A stretch of 64,000 nt of DNA from Octopus vulgaris (Eukaryota), in contig OX597828.1 in the NCBI GenBank assembly GCA_951406725.2, forward strand, positions 13,640,001 to 13,704,000. Direction: 5' to 3'. A program made the position numbers and the translations under genes. This document shows, one piece after another, positions 1 through 44,720 of the stretch. The notes beneath the pieces are model-generated. The model saw only the letters and a program-made list of their open reading frames with translations. It had not been told where the DNA came from and did not search any database. The number at the start of each line of letters is the position of its first letter. Within the stretch, counting starts at the first letter, position 1.

Positions 1-1501
1 ATTACATCCCACCCCCCGTACTCAACTGGTACTATTTTATCAACCCTGAAAGGATAAAAGGCAAAGTGAACTTTGGCAGAATTTGAACCCAGAACATAAA
101 GACAAGTGAAATGTCACTAAGCATTTTGCCCAACATGCTTATGATTCTGCCAGCTAGCTGTCCTTTAATTATCAATAATAATTATTTCTCATATCAGTTG
201 AATGTTACAAATCTGTAAGGGAGTGGAGGGTGTAATCAGTTAACTTTAGGACAGATCAGGTACTTATTTCCATTAACCTCCTCCGAAGGAAGAATTAAAG
301 TAGTACTGTATTAAGAGTTGGTGAGACCCTAAGCTATATAAAACTCGGCAGCTCCTTGTTAAAACATTATACCAGATGATTTTTAAAAAATTGTAAATGC
401 ATATGACAATTATTCTGAGTTCTCTGAAGATTGTGAGGGCCTAAATGGTAGCTTGTAAAGCTTATCTCTAAATCTGACATTGTGAGAACGGCAAAGTTGT
501 GTGCACTTGAGAATAGCAATTAAGTCTTGCTCTCATAGTTTTGGCAATTATAATCCATCAAGAGCAAAAATGTAGGCTTGACAACCAAAGGGGTTGTTAG
601 GTTGGTTAAGTCAGAACCAGGCCTACTGGTTCAGGTGGAAACTGCGTGGAAGTTTTTTGAGGCTTGGATGGATTCAAGGCTATGGTAAACAACACTTGCC
701 CAAGATACCACAAATGGTAACTTGGTATTTCATACAAACTTCTTACCCCCCCCCCCTAGCTATGTTGATTCCAAATCACCCACGCATATATATGCACACT
801 GTTCCTTTCATTCACATATCTTAATCTGTGCTCTCATTACTCTCTGCAGTTCACTCCCTTGGCCATTTTACATCTGTGTGAACAAATACAATAAAGTTGT
901 AACGACTCCTTAATATTACAAGGTTAATGGTAAGCTCACTAGTGCTGGTGCCATGACAAAAATACATCCTGTACACTTTGTAGTGTAGTTAGCAGAGTCA
1001 AGGGGACATTATAGTCTTGTTGAAAACATGACAGGCTCTCTTGTGCTGTTACCATGATAAAATATACATCTAGTACACTCTGTAAAGTGGATGGTGATTT
1101 GAAGGGCATTCAACCACAGAAACCAAGCCCAAAATGAAACATATGGGTGAAGACATGGTTCTCTGACCAATCTGTGAGTGGATTATCTCTGAATAAGAAC
1201 TGATCCGACCATGACAGGCAATGCATCCCCCTTGCCAGATATGCTTCCACAGAAAACTGGGAAAGAAGGAAACCTGTGGCACTTGTTCACAACTATCACA
1301 TAAAGTCATGCTAAGGAGACAGTAATACACATACATACACACACACACATATAACAGGCTTTTCTCAGTTTCCATCTACAAAATCCACTCAAGGTTTTGG
1401 TTGGCCTAGGGCTATAGAAAGAGACACTTGCTGAAGGTACTATGCAGTGGGACTAATACAAAAACTATCTGGTTGGTGCTTGTGCCTACATATATTTATG
1501 C

Positions 1502-1504
<3 letters not shown>

Positions 1505-1553
<49 letters not shown>

Positions 1554-1557
1554 GTGT
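1505..1557. repeat. (TG)n microsatellite immediately after the exon 9 donor (many others in the window)
   Basis: Seen directly. Confidence 0.95.
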
Positions 1558-1607
1558 ATGCACACAAACATAACAATGAAATAATTTTATAATGGAAAGC
1601 AACTTAC

Positions 1608-32826
<31,219 letters not shown>

Positions 32827-33125
32827 TTTGAAAAAGATTCCTCAAGGATAACTACGAAAGATAGAACAACAATAAATATTTAACTAAAATAATAACGGCA
32901 ACAACCATAACAATAATAATTTCGTAGATAGGCACAAGGTCATAAATTTTGGTGGGGGAGGGGTTTAGGTGATTGGCTGACCCAAAGAAATGAAAGTCAC
33001 AGATGAACTTGGGAGAATTTGAAATCAAAATGTTAAGAACCAGAATGAATACTGTAAGATATTTGTCCAAAACTTTTAAATGATTCCACCTCTCCACTGC
33101 CCTCAAAACAATAACAGCAGCAGCA

Positions 33126-33507
33126 GGAGGTGCAATGGCCCAGTGGTTAGGGCAGCAGACTCGCGGTCGGAGGATCACGGTTTTGATTCCCAGACCAGGC
33201 GTTGTGTGTGTTTATTGAGCGAAAAATACCTAAAGCCCCACGAGGCTCCGGCAGGGGGTGGTGGCAACCCTTGTTGTACTCTTTTGCTCCAACTTTCTCT
33301 CACTCTTTCTTCCTGTTTCTTGTCCCCGACTTCCTATGCAACCACTGAGCCTGGATGTGCATTCGTCCATCTGTCAATGCTCTCGGTGTCGGGGGTTGAC
33401 CTTCTTTCTCTTCTGCGGGTCTTATGAATAGCAAAGGACCACATTTCAGACTTCTCCCACTACAGAGGCGCGATCTTGCGAGCTCTTGGACGAAGACTGC
33501 TTTGCTC
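33126..33507 (+). mobile_element. tRNA(Arg)-like SINE within a (CAG/CAA)n tract
   Basis: TGGCCCAGTGG A box, GACTCGCG anticodon-like loop (TCG), GTTTTGATTCC B box; flanking AACAGCAGCAGCA duplication. Confidence 0.8.
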
Positions 33508-36250
33508 AACAGCAACAGCAGCAGCAACAATAACAACGCTTTCTGATTTAGGTACAAGACCATCAATTTTAAGGGGTGAGAACTAGGAGATGCTATCAAC
33601 CCTAGTATTTAAGTGGCACTTTATTTGATTAAACTCAGAAAGATGAAAGGCAAAGTTAACCTCAGAAGGATTTTGAATTCAGAATGTAAAAGCTGTAATT
33701 AAATACTGCAGGAATTTGTCCTTAGTTATGTCTTTGTTATTTAGACTTATGGCTAAAAACATAAGACTATGTCCCAAGCCATAAGTTTTAAAAAACCAAA
33801 GACAAAACTATCTCTCTTGGCAAGCCTAAATAACAGCTCTTCTACGTCTCTTGAAATATATCTAAATCAGAAAGTCAATGGGAGTCTAAATAACAGACAC
33901 AGCTGTTTCTTGATATGTCTAAATGCATGATCAGACATTTGTAAATAAGTCAGTTAAAGGAATGGAGATAGCAATGTCCATGACCTTTCAAGGTTCTTCA
34001 AGACTGGTGGGATTGATAAGGCTGATGCTCAGCTTTACCTGCCCTTTTATTAGGACAATGAAAGTACTTAAGTTCAGAAAAATGAAGTACAAACATAACG
34101 TTGCCCAGACATGAATTTCCTTACTACTAAAGATCTCCCTGACATCTTTGGTGAAGTTCAAATCAGTACAAAACTTAAACTGGGCTAAAAGACTGCGAGT
34201 GGAACATTCAACAATTAATCTAATATGCCAAGGCTATATTATGCATTCAGTATAAAGTTGCATATAAAGTGCATAGCAGCATTTCATCCAATAAGGGCGA
34301 CAAGCTGGCGGAATCATTACCACATAAGGAAAAATGCCAAGCAGCATTTCTTCCGACTTTGTATTCCACGTTCAAATGCTGCAGGGATCGATTTTGCCTT
34401 TCAGCCTTTTAGGGTCAATAAAATAAAAACCAGCTGACATTGGTGCTGCATTGACGAAGGTTTGCACTCTCTGAGTGCTCTTGTTTTTTTTTTTGCCTTT
34501 GGTCAATAAGTGTTATTTCCTATTTGCTTCTATCTAGAAATCAAAGGAAATGACTACTATTCTCTTCACACTTTGCTTTTGTCACTTAGAAATCAATGTT
34601 TTGAAACTGACCTATTTTCTGTTACATTTCAGACAAATTCAGTGCTGAGTTGCTGAAGCAGAAATATTGTTATAGCAAATATTTTGCTCAGTACCACAGA
34701 TTTGCTTGTCAGTTGCTTGACCTTAATCACTTGAACATGCCTCTCAGTGGCTGATAATATGTGCATCTCTGATCATGAGCAGGAGCAGTCAGGGAGCACC
34801 ATAGCCATGTGCTGAGAGTGATTCTTTGGTGTTTTGAATAAAGTTTGAAAGAAATAGTAGCCATTTTTCATACTTTCTTGGGGTAAGTAAATAAGAAACA
34901 ACAGTAGCTACTCAAAGACAAAAACCAGGTTACACTGTGCTATTCACGGTATCCACAAACTGGCAGTCAAACAAATCCACTGAGCATTAGGTGCCTGCAA
35001 CATTACCTCAGACTAAGTGAAACGATAAAAGCCACCAGACTTTCAATTAGTAGTTTGACACTGGTGCTGCTGTCTTGACTAATAGCTAGCGGTAACTTGC
35101 AAAAAATTATTGGAGCATAAAAACCCAGACGTACATATCAACTCATTCATAAGTCTTTGAATTGTGACAAAATTGCTGGTACATAAAAGATATTTATGTA
35201 TCCATATTATGCATTCATAACTTCTTATCTAGATATAATTATTAGTTAGAGCAGATATATTTCTATGAAAAGACGGCTGATCTTTTTATTATTAGTTTCT
35301 ATATTTTACTGGTTTCAGTAGTTGAAATGGCATCCATGCTGGATACTAACCGTCAATGGATTATGTTTTATCTATTTTCTTTCACTTGCTTGTCACTGGA
35401 CAGCAGCCATGCTGGAGCACCACTCTGAATGGTTTAGTCAAACAGATCGACCCCAGTACTTCTTTTCTTTCTTTTTTTAAAACTTTTTTAAAACTTTTTT
35501 TTTAACTGCCAACTTATATGAATGCTAACAAACCAACGTTAGCTGTCAAGTGGTAAGAAGACAAGCACAAATGCACACACAAACACACATGCATATGAGG
35601 GGCTTTTACACAGTTTTCATCTATCAGCTTCATAGTCAACCTGAGGCTATAATAGAGCAAAAAAAAAAACTTGTCTAAGATGCCCTGCAATGAAATTGAA
35701 CCTGAAACCATGTGATTGCAAAGCAAGCTTCTTGACTACACAGCCATGCAGCCTCTATCGACCATATCAAGCTCACTACTTAATTGTAAGTCTGGTATTT
35801 AGTATAGTGATCTGTATTTGTCAAACTACTAAATCACAGGATGGAGGGTGTAAACAAGTAGCATTAGTTGTTATGTGGTGCTAATCCCTACAATGACATC
35901 GAGGGCAGACACACAGAACCACAATTAAAGGAAGGTACTCAATACATCAAACACAGGGACTATTAAGTTATTTGATGATAAGTGACTGTTACAGGACTAG
36001 TTATGACTGTGTGTGTGTGTGTGTGTGTGTGTTTGTTTGTGTGTGTGCGTGTGTGTGTGTGTGTTTGTTTGTGTGTGTGTTTGTGTATGTGCACTAGTGT
36101 AACTGAGTCATTAAGAAGCTTGCTTCTCAACCATATGGTCTTGGATTTGGTCCCACTACATGGTACCTTAGGCATGTGTCTTCACTACTATAGGCTCAAG
36201 CCAACCAAAACCTTATGAGTTGAACTGGTTGACAGAAATTGAAAGAAATA

Positions 36251-36487
36251 AAAGGTGGTGAGCTGGCAGAAATGTTAGCATGCCAGGTGAAATGCTTAGC
36301 AGCATTTCGTCTGCTGTTATGTTCTGAGTTCAAATTCTACTGAGGTCGACTTTGCTCTTCATTATTTCAGGGTCGATAAATTAAGTACCAGTTGCGCACT
36401 GGGATCGATGTAATTGACTTAATCCCTTTGTCTGTCCTTGTTTGTCTCCTCTATGTTTAACCCCTTGTGGGCCAATAAAGAAATAAG
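36251..36487 (+). mobile_element. tRNA-like SINE family B
   Basis: AAGGTGGTGAGCTGGCAGAA...GAGTTCAAATTC...GGTCGACTTTGC...GGGTCGATAAATTAAGTACC; flanking duplication AGAAATTGAAAGAAA; other copies at about 1-165, 5520-5960, 13130-13305, 17300-17445, 33540-33720, 34295-34435, 38510-38640 and 53520-53735. Confidence 0.8.
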
Positions 36488-36623
36488 AAATTGAAAGAAA
36501 CCCATTATATATATATTATACACACACGCACATATACATACACTGAAGCTTGGAGTAGTCCTCTGGTTTGCCAGCTCCAGTTAAACCATCCAACTCATAC
36601 CAGCATGGAAGAGACATTAAATA

Positions 36624-36853
36624 TTAACCCTTTACCATTCACATTATTCTGTCAAAAGCAATGTTTATTTATTCACATTGTTTTGAATTAATCACATACT
36701 GTTTTGTAGCTATGAGATTTTGACGAGGCATCTGTTAATTTTTTTAGAAGGTCATTATTGGGTAGGTGTGAGAAATCAGATCTGACCAGTTTGAAAGTAA
36801 AACAGGTAGAATGTTTTGGCCGGATATAGCCAGCTTAAATGCTAAAGGGTTAA
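36624..36853. mobile_element. piggyBac-like MITE (TTAA-CCCTTTA...TAAAGGG-TTAA), complete copy
   Basis: TTAA flanks and CCC/GGG termini; further copies at about 2655-2815, 4023-4230, 23110-23740, 38460-39320, 50990-51200, 57160-57355 and 61788-62359, several interrupted by SINEs. Confidence 0.8.
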
Positions 36854-37059
36854 TGATGACAATGTGTGTGTGTGTGTGTGTGTGTGTGAAGACACCACAA
36901 GATTGTTATAAACAAGAATCATTGCTATACAGGTGAGGGTTGGTAACAAGCAGTGCCTCTGGTCATAGGAAATCCGCCTCAATAAATTCTGTCTGACCAA
37001 TGCAAACATGAAAATTGAACATTAAATCATGATGGTGAGGATACATACAGCGATCAAGT

Positions 37060-37460
37060 GAAGATCCAAAGTGGTAAAGTGAAGATTTTATGTCCAGAAT
37101 GTTTGGTTCTTCATTCTTTTACTATAACAAATTTTTGAAGTCTTTGAGTTGTGGATCTTGCACAGATTGGACACAACAAAGTGGAAAGAGAGTAACAAAT
37201 GATCCAATATTAGAAAAAACTGAACGTCCAAAGACACCGTTTGTTGAGAATTAAGTCCATGCAATGTGCCAAGAGTCAATGTCCAAGACCATCCTGACTG
37301 AAAGTGTTTGAGGGGAAACGAGCAAAAGCGTGTCAAAGATGTTTGTGGATTGATGACCTCAAAGAATGAGCTGAAAACAAGAGCCTGATTGTATGTATGC
37401 AGCTCAACACAGAAGGAACTGAAGAACCTAGGCAAGTTGGCCTCTGGAAGGCACTGGTTG
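37060..37460 (+). mobile_element. Degenerate RTE-clade LINE 3' fragment (third family)
   Basis: FELWILHRL...MSKTILTESV/EGKRAK..QR..WIDDLKE remnants typical of the RTE ORF2 C-terminus. Confidence 0.65.
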
Positions 37461-38699
37461 ATGTATGTGTATGTATGTATATGCATATGAACATATTTTC
37501 CACAGATTAATGTCACTAAAAAATATAAACACTAGCAAAAAAATTTCTTTTTTTTTATCATAAACTGAAGAATCACCCATTCCTATAATTCCATACAATT
37601 TCATAAAACAAAATAGCTAAGTGGTTGTGCTATTAATCTACTGACATATTGGTCTAAAAATGAAATCTGTTCTAGATTTTTGATTGTGTAAAGTAGTAAA
37701 TTTAATTCTGTATTAACTCAATTCCTCTAACTTATTGGAAATCAGTCCCAAATCATTTGGGAATATTACAAGAGATATTTTATTCATGTATTTTATATTG
37801 CATTTTTTGAAAAATCTAGTGTTGTTTGTTACAGGTTTTCAATGGATGCAGCACTGTTTCATTGTATATCTGATGATGAGAGTATCTGTAATTTAGTGCA
37901 GAACAAATATGTCAAAGGACTGCATATTAAAGAAAGATCATCAAGAGTATTTTCTTAATTGATTGATGTTAACTCCATCACATCACTGAACTCAAAGCTG
38001 AATTTGTTTACAAATAAAGTCATCTTTTTTCTTTAATTAGTTTCAGTCACTGGACTGCGGCCATGCTGGAGTACCATCTTGAAGAGTTTAGTTGAACAAA
38101 TCAGTGCCAATACTTTGTTTTCTTTAAAGTCTGGTACTTATTCTATGGATCTCTTTCAGCTGAAATGCTAGATTACATGGACATAAATAAACCAACACCA
38201 GTTGGCGATCAGTGTGTGGAACACAAACATACACACATGATGGGCTTCCACACAGTTTCCATCTACTAAATTCATTCACAAGACATTAGTTGGTCTAGGG
38301 CCATAGAAGACAATTCTTGCCCAAGGTGCTATACAAACGGGATTAATATATTAAAAAAAAAAAAAATTTCGCTACTTCATCAAAGAATAATTTCAAAATT
38401 CTTCATCAGGAATATCCAAAAATAATAATAATAAAAAAAAAGTTTAAGAATGAAATTCCATTAAAATCTTTAGCAATCAGATAACTCTGTTGAATGTAAT
38501 TCACATTATGAAGGTGGCAAGCTGGTAGAATCGTTAGCACACCAGGTGAAATGCTTAGCAATATTTTGTTTGTCGCTATGTTCTGAGTTCAAATTCTGCC
38601 GAGGTCAACTTTGCTTTTCATCCTTTCAGAGTCGAGGAAATAAGAAAGGATTAGTAGAAATGATTAATTCACATTGTTTTGAATTAATCATTCATTATA

Positions 38700-38872
38700 G
38701 GCGTAGGAGTGGCTGTGTGGTAAGTAGCTTGCTTACCAACCACATGGTTCCAGGTTCAGTCCCACTGCGTGGCACCTTGGGTAAGCGTCTTCTACTATAG
38801 CCTTGGACCGACCAAAGCCTTGTGAGTGAATTTGGTAGACGGAAACTGAAAGAAGGTCGCCGTATATATTTA

Positions 38873-38952
<80 letters not shown>

Positions 38953-39168
38953 TGTATGTTTGTGTGTCTTTGTTTGTCCCCCAAACATCGCTTGATAACC
39001 GATGCTGGTGTGTTTACATCCCCGTAATTTAGCAGTTCGGCAAAAGAGGCCGATAGAATAAGCACTAGGCTTACAAAGACCAACTCCTGGGGTTGATTTA
39101 CTTGACTAAAGGCGGTGCTCCAGCATGGCCACAGTCAAATGACTGAAACAAGTAAAAGAGTAAAAGAG
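38700..39168 (+). mobile_element. SINE family A inserted in a piggyBac-like MITE
   Basis: Full length with expanded (TA)n(TG)n. Confidence 0.87.
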
Positions 39169-40894
39169 TATCTCATAGCTTTGAGATTCTGACAATGTGA
39201 TTGCTTATTTTTAGCATGACATTGTAGGGTAGGTGCAAGAGGATGGAGCTGGCCAGTTTGAACATAAAGGAGGTAGAATCTTTGGGCCTGATATGGTAGG
39301 TTTAGATGCTAAAGGGCTAAACTATTAATGTAATAAGAGAATATTTAAGAAGTAGGTAGGAACCAGCAAGGAAAATACTTTTAAATGAGATGAGATGAAA
39401 GAATCTGTAGTTGGGAGTATTTTCAAAGAAATGGCAAATGACTTTGCAGACAAACTATTGATTTATTCGATGGGAAATAAGAACAGTTTCGTTTAACTAT
39501 GGAGACCACATAGAAATATTCTTGTGAAGCAGCTGTAAGAGAAAAACAAACAAAAATAATAAGTAAAGAGCAGCAGTAGTGGTATCGGCAGCAGCAGCTG
39601 TAGAAGGGAAGCAATTTGTTGTAGGCAGAGTCTACTTGTTGCCAGACAACATTAGAAGCTTATGTCAACAGGATTATCTTCCAGGGAAATAATAATTATG
39701 TATTATCATCACGAACTGACAAAATAGATTGTCTGAATGATGGAACTGAATGATAAAAAAGTTCTCTGCTGCTCACTACCTTTACTCATATTACTGTAAA
39801 GTACAGCAGCAAAAACAACATGTAATATGTTCAAACAACAAACAAACATCAGTCAGAAAGAAGGTGAGCTCAACTGAATAACAACAACCGCATTTGATTA
39901 TGATTAAAATACTCTAGTTCCATGCAATGATTTATCTTCACCTTAATCCTTTTCTAAAAGGAGATATTCATGATTAACCATGCCTCCATCCGTGTTCACC
40001 ACTCACTGCATTTCCCTCCAATCCCATTTCTCTCCATCTGCCACTTACCTCTTGCACTCCCATGAACTTACATACCTACTCATACCACTTCTCTTGAATT
40101 CATCTTCCAATAACTTGAAGGTGTCCCTTCACATATTTTCAGCACCATCTTCTTTCTTTTCCGACTGGGGTAATCACGTCTCTCCCTTGCAGCAAGACAC
40201 CTGTTCTTGCTCCTCTATTATAATTTTAACCTCTCACCGTCTGGCATAAAGCCACTTCTCTCAGTACTATTTTCCGACTCAGTTGAGTGGGTTTCATCCT
40301 GTGAGTTATTTGGTAACTTCATTGGTGCCAATACCATGTGAAAAGCATCCAGTACACTGTGAAGATTGGATTTAGGAAGGGCAAAGTAGACATTAGAGTT
40401 TGGTGTAGTCCTTTGGATCACCAACTCCTGTTGAAACATCCAACTCATGCCAGCATGGAAAACAGATGTACAATGAAGATGAGAACTAATTTTACAACAT
40501 TTTTTTTTACTCCAATTTTTCATTGGTGACATAAGCAGCCTTCCCCACTTCTGCTTCTTCACTCACTAAATAATCAATCAAAAACAAGAGGAGGAACTGT
40601 TATTGAATATCCCTACTTGGTTCATATATATTTAGAAGCAGAGGTACAAGAACTACCTTAGACACCATAAGTTTCGTTGTCCCTCAAACAGTCCAAAAGA
40701 TGTGCTGGCATGTTTTATCCTATGTTAAATTCTCCTGATCAATACCTGCATTCTATAATAGTCAACTAGCCAGATATTAGAGGTGCCTAACATTTTCCAC
40801 AATCTGAATAGTAGATGGTACCAAAATGACAAAGTCAAATTCCTGCTTGTTGCAGTACTTCAAGTCAAACTGTGACATCATCTGCATTATATTA

Positions 40895-40985
40895 CATATC
40901 CCGTAGTCTGGCTGACCACTGGGGCATTGCTGATGACTTTGCAACCGGATCCCTCCACCCATCTCTGTCTTATGTCATGATTATT
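40895..40985 (-). mobile_element. RTE LINE extreme 3' fragment
   Basis: Minus strand reads DRDGWRDPVAKSSAMPQWSARLRD, an RTE-type C-terminus. Confidence 0.55.
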
Positions 40986-42026
40986 CAGTGTGCAGACAAA
41001 ATGAATGATAAAGATATAATTTTGTGGCTTGTAAAATCCAAGGTATGAGTAAGCTCCAATACTGGCTGACCTAATAAATTACATGCATGTGTGTACACGC
41101 ATACACACACACACACACACACACATAAACACAGAGTAGTTTTCTGTAAAGTTTCCCCTCAACCAAATTCTACTTACAAAGTATTGATTAATAAGAAGGC
41201 TATGGTAGAAAATGCATACCCAAGGTAGAGAGCAGTGGGATTGAATAGTTTTTCAATCTGTGGAGTATGAGACTTGGACGCCAAATGGAATTTTGCCCTA
41301 ATGAACATAGATGAGAGGAAAGTAAAGAAGAATGAAAGGTCTTTGAACACAACATTGTTGAAGAATATCATGCTAAAATCAGAAATTATAGAATTATTTG
41401 GAAAATATTGGAACATACCAAACCTCACAATTACTGCTGGGATCTTTGTATCTCAAAGAAAACAGCAATTCTATTTTAAGTACCCTTTCAGGGTTAATGA
41501 TAACTATGTGTGTATGTATGTATGTGTGTGTGTGTGTGTGTGTGTGTGCCATTCATGCATCACCAGCACTGGTCACAACCACGATTTCATTTAGTTTGAC
41601 ACACCTTCTCAAGCACAGCAATTAAAAAAAGAAAAATTATAAAATGTCACAAGGCTGAATGTCAGACAGCCTTATGCTATGCAAAATATGTGCTTCTGTT
41701 AACAAGTGTCTTACAGTCAATGTTTTTGTTATTGGAGAATATTTGTATTGAAATCTTCAAAATGCCTTGTAGGCAGATGTCAGACAATCTTGATTAATAT
41801 TTTCACATGCTCCAACCAATTCAAAAGGCTTTCTATTGTTAATATTCATGTTCAATGGTTTATATGTTGTAAGTAAATATAAAATCATTTGGTTTGTTTC
41901 TAATACTGCTTGAGAATTGGTACATCTCAGAGTTGCAATTTGTAGGGTTCCAGCCTAAATAAATCTTTTACACTGCATTTAGTTCTTTTCTGGACTATTT
42001 CTCACTGTTTTGCATTTTCTCCCACC

Positions 42027-42072
<46 letters not shown>

Positions 42073-42075
<3 letters not shown>

Positions 42076-42330
42076 AGAGTTTACGAAAAACAAAAGACGA
42101 AGACAGGTGGTGTACAAAACAAACAGATGTATTAGTATAACGCTCAGGAATAGAAAAAGTCTTCTATGTTTCGAGCCTATGCCCTTCTACAAAAAGGGAC
42201 ACAGAAAATAGAGAGAAAGTGGGGAGAAAGGGAGAAGAGAAGACGAGGAGAGAAAAGAAACGGAGGGAGAGGGAGGCAAAATAACAGGTGCAGACTAGAG
42301 AAAACAGAGTAAGGACATCCAGAGAAGGAA
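42073..42330 (-). mobile_element. Penelope-like pseudo-LTR fragment with degenerate hammerhead, adjacent to (TA)n
   Basis: Minus strand tTGTAGA-agggcataggctc-GAAAC-atagaag; downstream TTCCTGAG..TAATAC block shared with 2845-3040. Confidence 0.5.
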
Positions 42331-42401
42331 GAGATGACAATATCATCATCATCATCATCGTTTAGCATCCGTTTTCCATGCTAGCATATATTTATATATT
42401 A

Positions 42402-44720
42402 GAGCTGTCTAAGCCATGTACAGTGGTGCTGTTAGTAAGGTGAGAGTTGGCCATGAATACAGTGATGAATTTAGCATTCAGGTAGGGATTCTCCAGGACT
42501 CAGTTCTCAGCCCACACTTATTCATTAAAGTCCTCCAAGCCATAACAGAGAAATTCAAAACTGGGTGCCTGTGGAGACTACTATATGCTGATGACCTTTA
42601 GCAGAATTGGGGAAGAAATTCCAGGTATGGAAACAAAACCTGGAATCAAAGGGCCTTAAAGTTAACCTAACTAAGACAAAAGTAGTTGTTAATAAGAAAG
42701 AAGATAAAACTTTCTTTTTGTCTGGTAAATGGTCCTGCTCCATATGTAAGAAAGGAGGTGGAAGAAATTCTATTTGCTGCACCCAGTATAAACTATGGAC
42801 ACATAAGAGATGCAGTGGTATTACAGATATATTAACAGAGAGAGTAGTCTTTGTATGTGGCAGATGTGCAGGAACAATACGCACTAAGAGCACGCAGGAA
42901 TTAGATTCTCTCAAATACCCAGGCAGCTCCCATGGGGTTGTAGATAGTTTCTGTTACCTAGGTGACCAAATTAGCTATGGGGGAGGATGCTCTGAAAGTA
43001 TTGTTTCTAGAATAAGAATTGGGTGGAGGAAGTTCAGAGAGCTATTACCTCTGTTAGCAACAAAAGGCCTCTCTCTCAGAATGAAAGGTAGACTATATGA
43101 TGCTTGTGTATGAATGGCTATACTCCATGGTAGTGAGACGTGGGCTCTGAATGCTGAAGATGTGTAGACTGGAGAGAAATGAAGGTAGTATGCTCCATTG
43201 GATGTGCAACATCAGTGCACATGTACAACAAAGTGCAAATGCATTGAGAGAAAAATTGGGCATAAGAGGAATCAAGTGTAGCATGCAAGAGAGAAGACTA
43301 CATTGGCTTGGATATGTGATGCATATGAATGAGGACAGTTGCATAAAGACGTGCCAATCACTGATAGTGGATGGTACCCATGGAAGAAGGGGACCCAGGA
43401 AGACTCAGGATGAGGTGGTAAGGACTGATCTCAGGAAGTTGGACCTCACAGAGGAAATGACCAGGGACTGAGATGTCTGGTGATATGAAGTTCTTGAGAA
43501 GACCTGCCCACATCAGTGAAACTGAGTTCTAGAAGCGCTGTGTGTCCCACCCACACTTAACAAGAAAAGTTCTCACTCACTCTACCATAATGAACCAAAC
43601 TGCATCTCTACATCCCTTCTTTTCTTCTCACATTTCCACTTCATGTACTATGATTACCTCCCACTCCCCAATTCTGTCCACTTTACCCGGTGCCCCTGTA
43701 TCATTGCTCTCTGCTTGCCCCCCGACTTATGCATTCTACCCACATGCCTTGTCTCACTCTATTGTTGCTGTCTGCTAATCCCTGACCTGGGTATTCTACC
43801 CACACGTAAAAGAAAACTTTTCTCTCACCCTACCCCAACAAACCAATCTACAACTCTTTCTCACATTTCCTCCTTCATTCACTATGCCTAGCTTTCACTC
43901 CCTAATCTTGTCCTCATACCCCTGTTCCTCTGTATCATTGCTATCCGTTAGTCCCTCCAACTCTAAATATACCCAGGTCTTTTGCTACTTACTTGCACTC
44001 TTTAATCGCACTCCCTTCACAATATCCTGTCACTTATATTATGGCATTTGAACCTCAAGGGTATGCCTTGGCCCTTTCCACTATCTCTCTCTTCCTTTAC
44101 TCAACCATCTCATTTATACTCCGATCTCCGTTCCTTATGAGTATGCCTGGCATTTTGCTACCATCTCCATCCTTCTCCAGCACTTCCCTCAGGTTGGGCA
44201 ACCATGTACTTTCTTTGCAGTAGCACACCTGTTTCTATCTTCACTCCTGATCTTTCTCTCTCTGGCCAGGTAACCTTGTACTTCTTCTACAGCAAGACAC
44301 ATGTATCTGTCTCACTATAACCGTTTCACCATCACCTCCTCCAATGCCGCCTCTGCTCTTAAAAGTTTTTGTCTTGCAAGTACTTGGTGACTCTGTCAGT
44401 GCAGGTGCCACTTAAAAGCACCCAGTCCACACTGTAAAGTAGTTGGTGTTCAGAAGGGCATCCAACTGTAAAAACCTTGCCAAAACTGACCTCGCCTGTT
44501 TTTGTGCTATGTAAAGAGCACAACTCACCTTGCCTGTGCTTGTGCCACATAAAGAGCACTAAGTCCACTCTGCAGAGTGGCTGGTGTTAGGAAGGGCATC
44601 CAGCAGTAAAACTCCTGCCAAACTAGCGTTAGAAGTCTGGTGCAGGCTTTGGCCTGGCCGGCTCTTGTGGTACTGTCCCACTCATGCTAGCATGGAATAC
44701 AGATGTTAAATGATGATGAT
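42402..44720 (+). mobile_element. 5'-truncated RTE-clade LINE: RT C-terminal half with PHD-like insertion, long pyrimidine-rich 3'UTR, (GAT)n tail
   Basis: GILQDSVLSPHLF, LLYADDL, GLKVNLTKTK, FCYLGD, LHGSETW and RRLHWLGYV motifs with stops and frameshifts (ORFs 42416, 42607, 43151); sequence ends in GATGATGAT at about 44720. Confidence 0.9.

Noticed and set aside
33126-33200. Possible tRNA-Arg gene (also 52222, 52617, 62090)
   Set aside because: A and B boxes are present, but the acceptor stem is broken and each runs into a SINE body.
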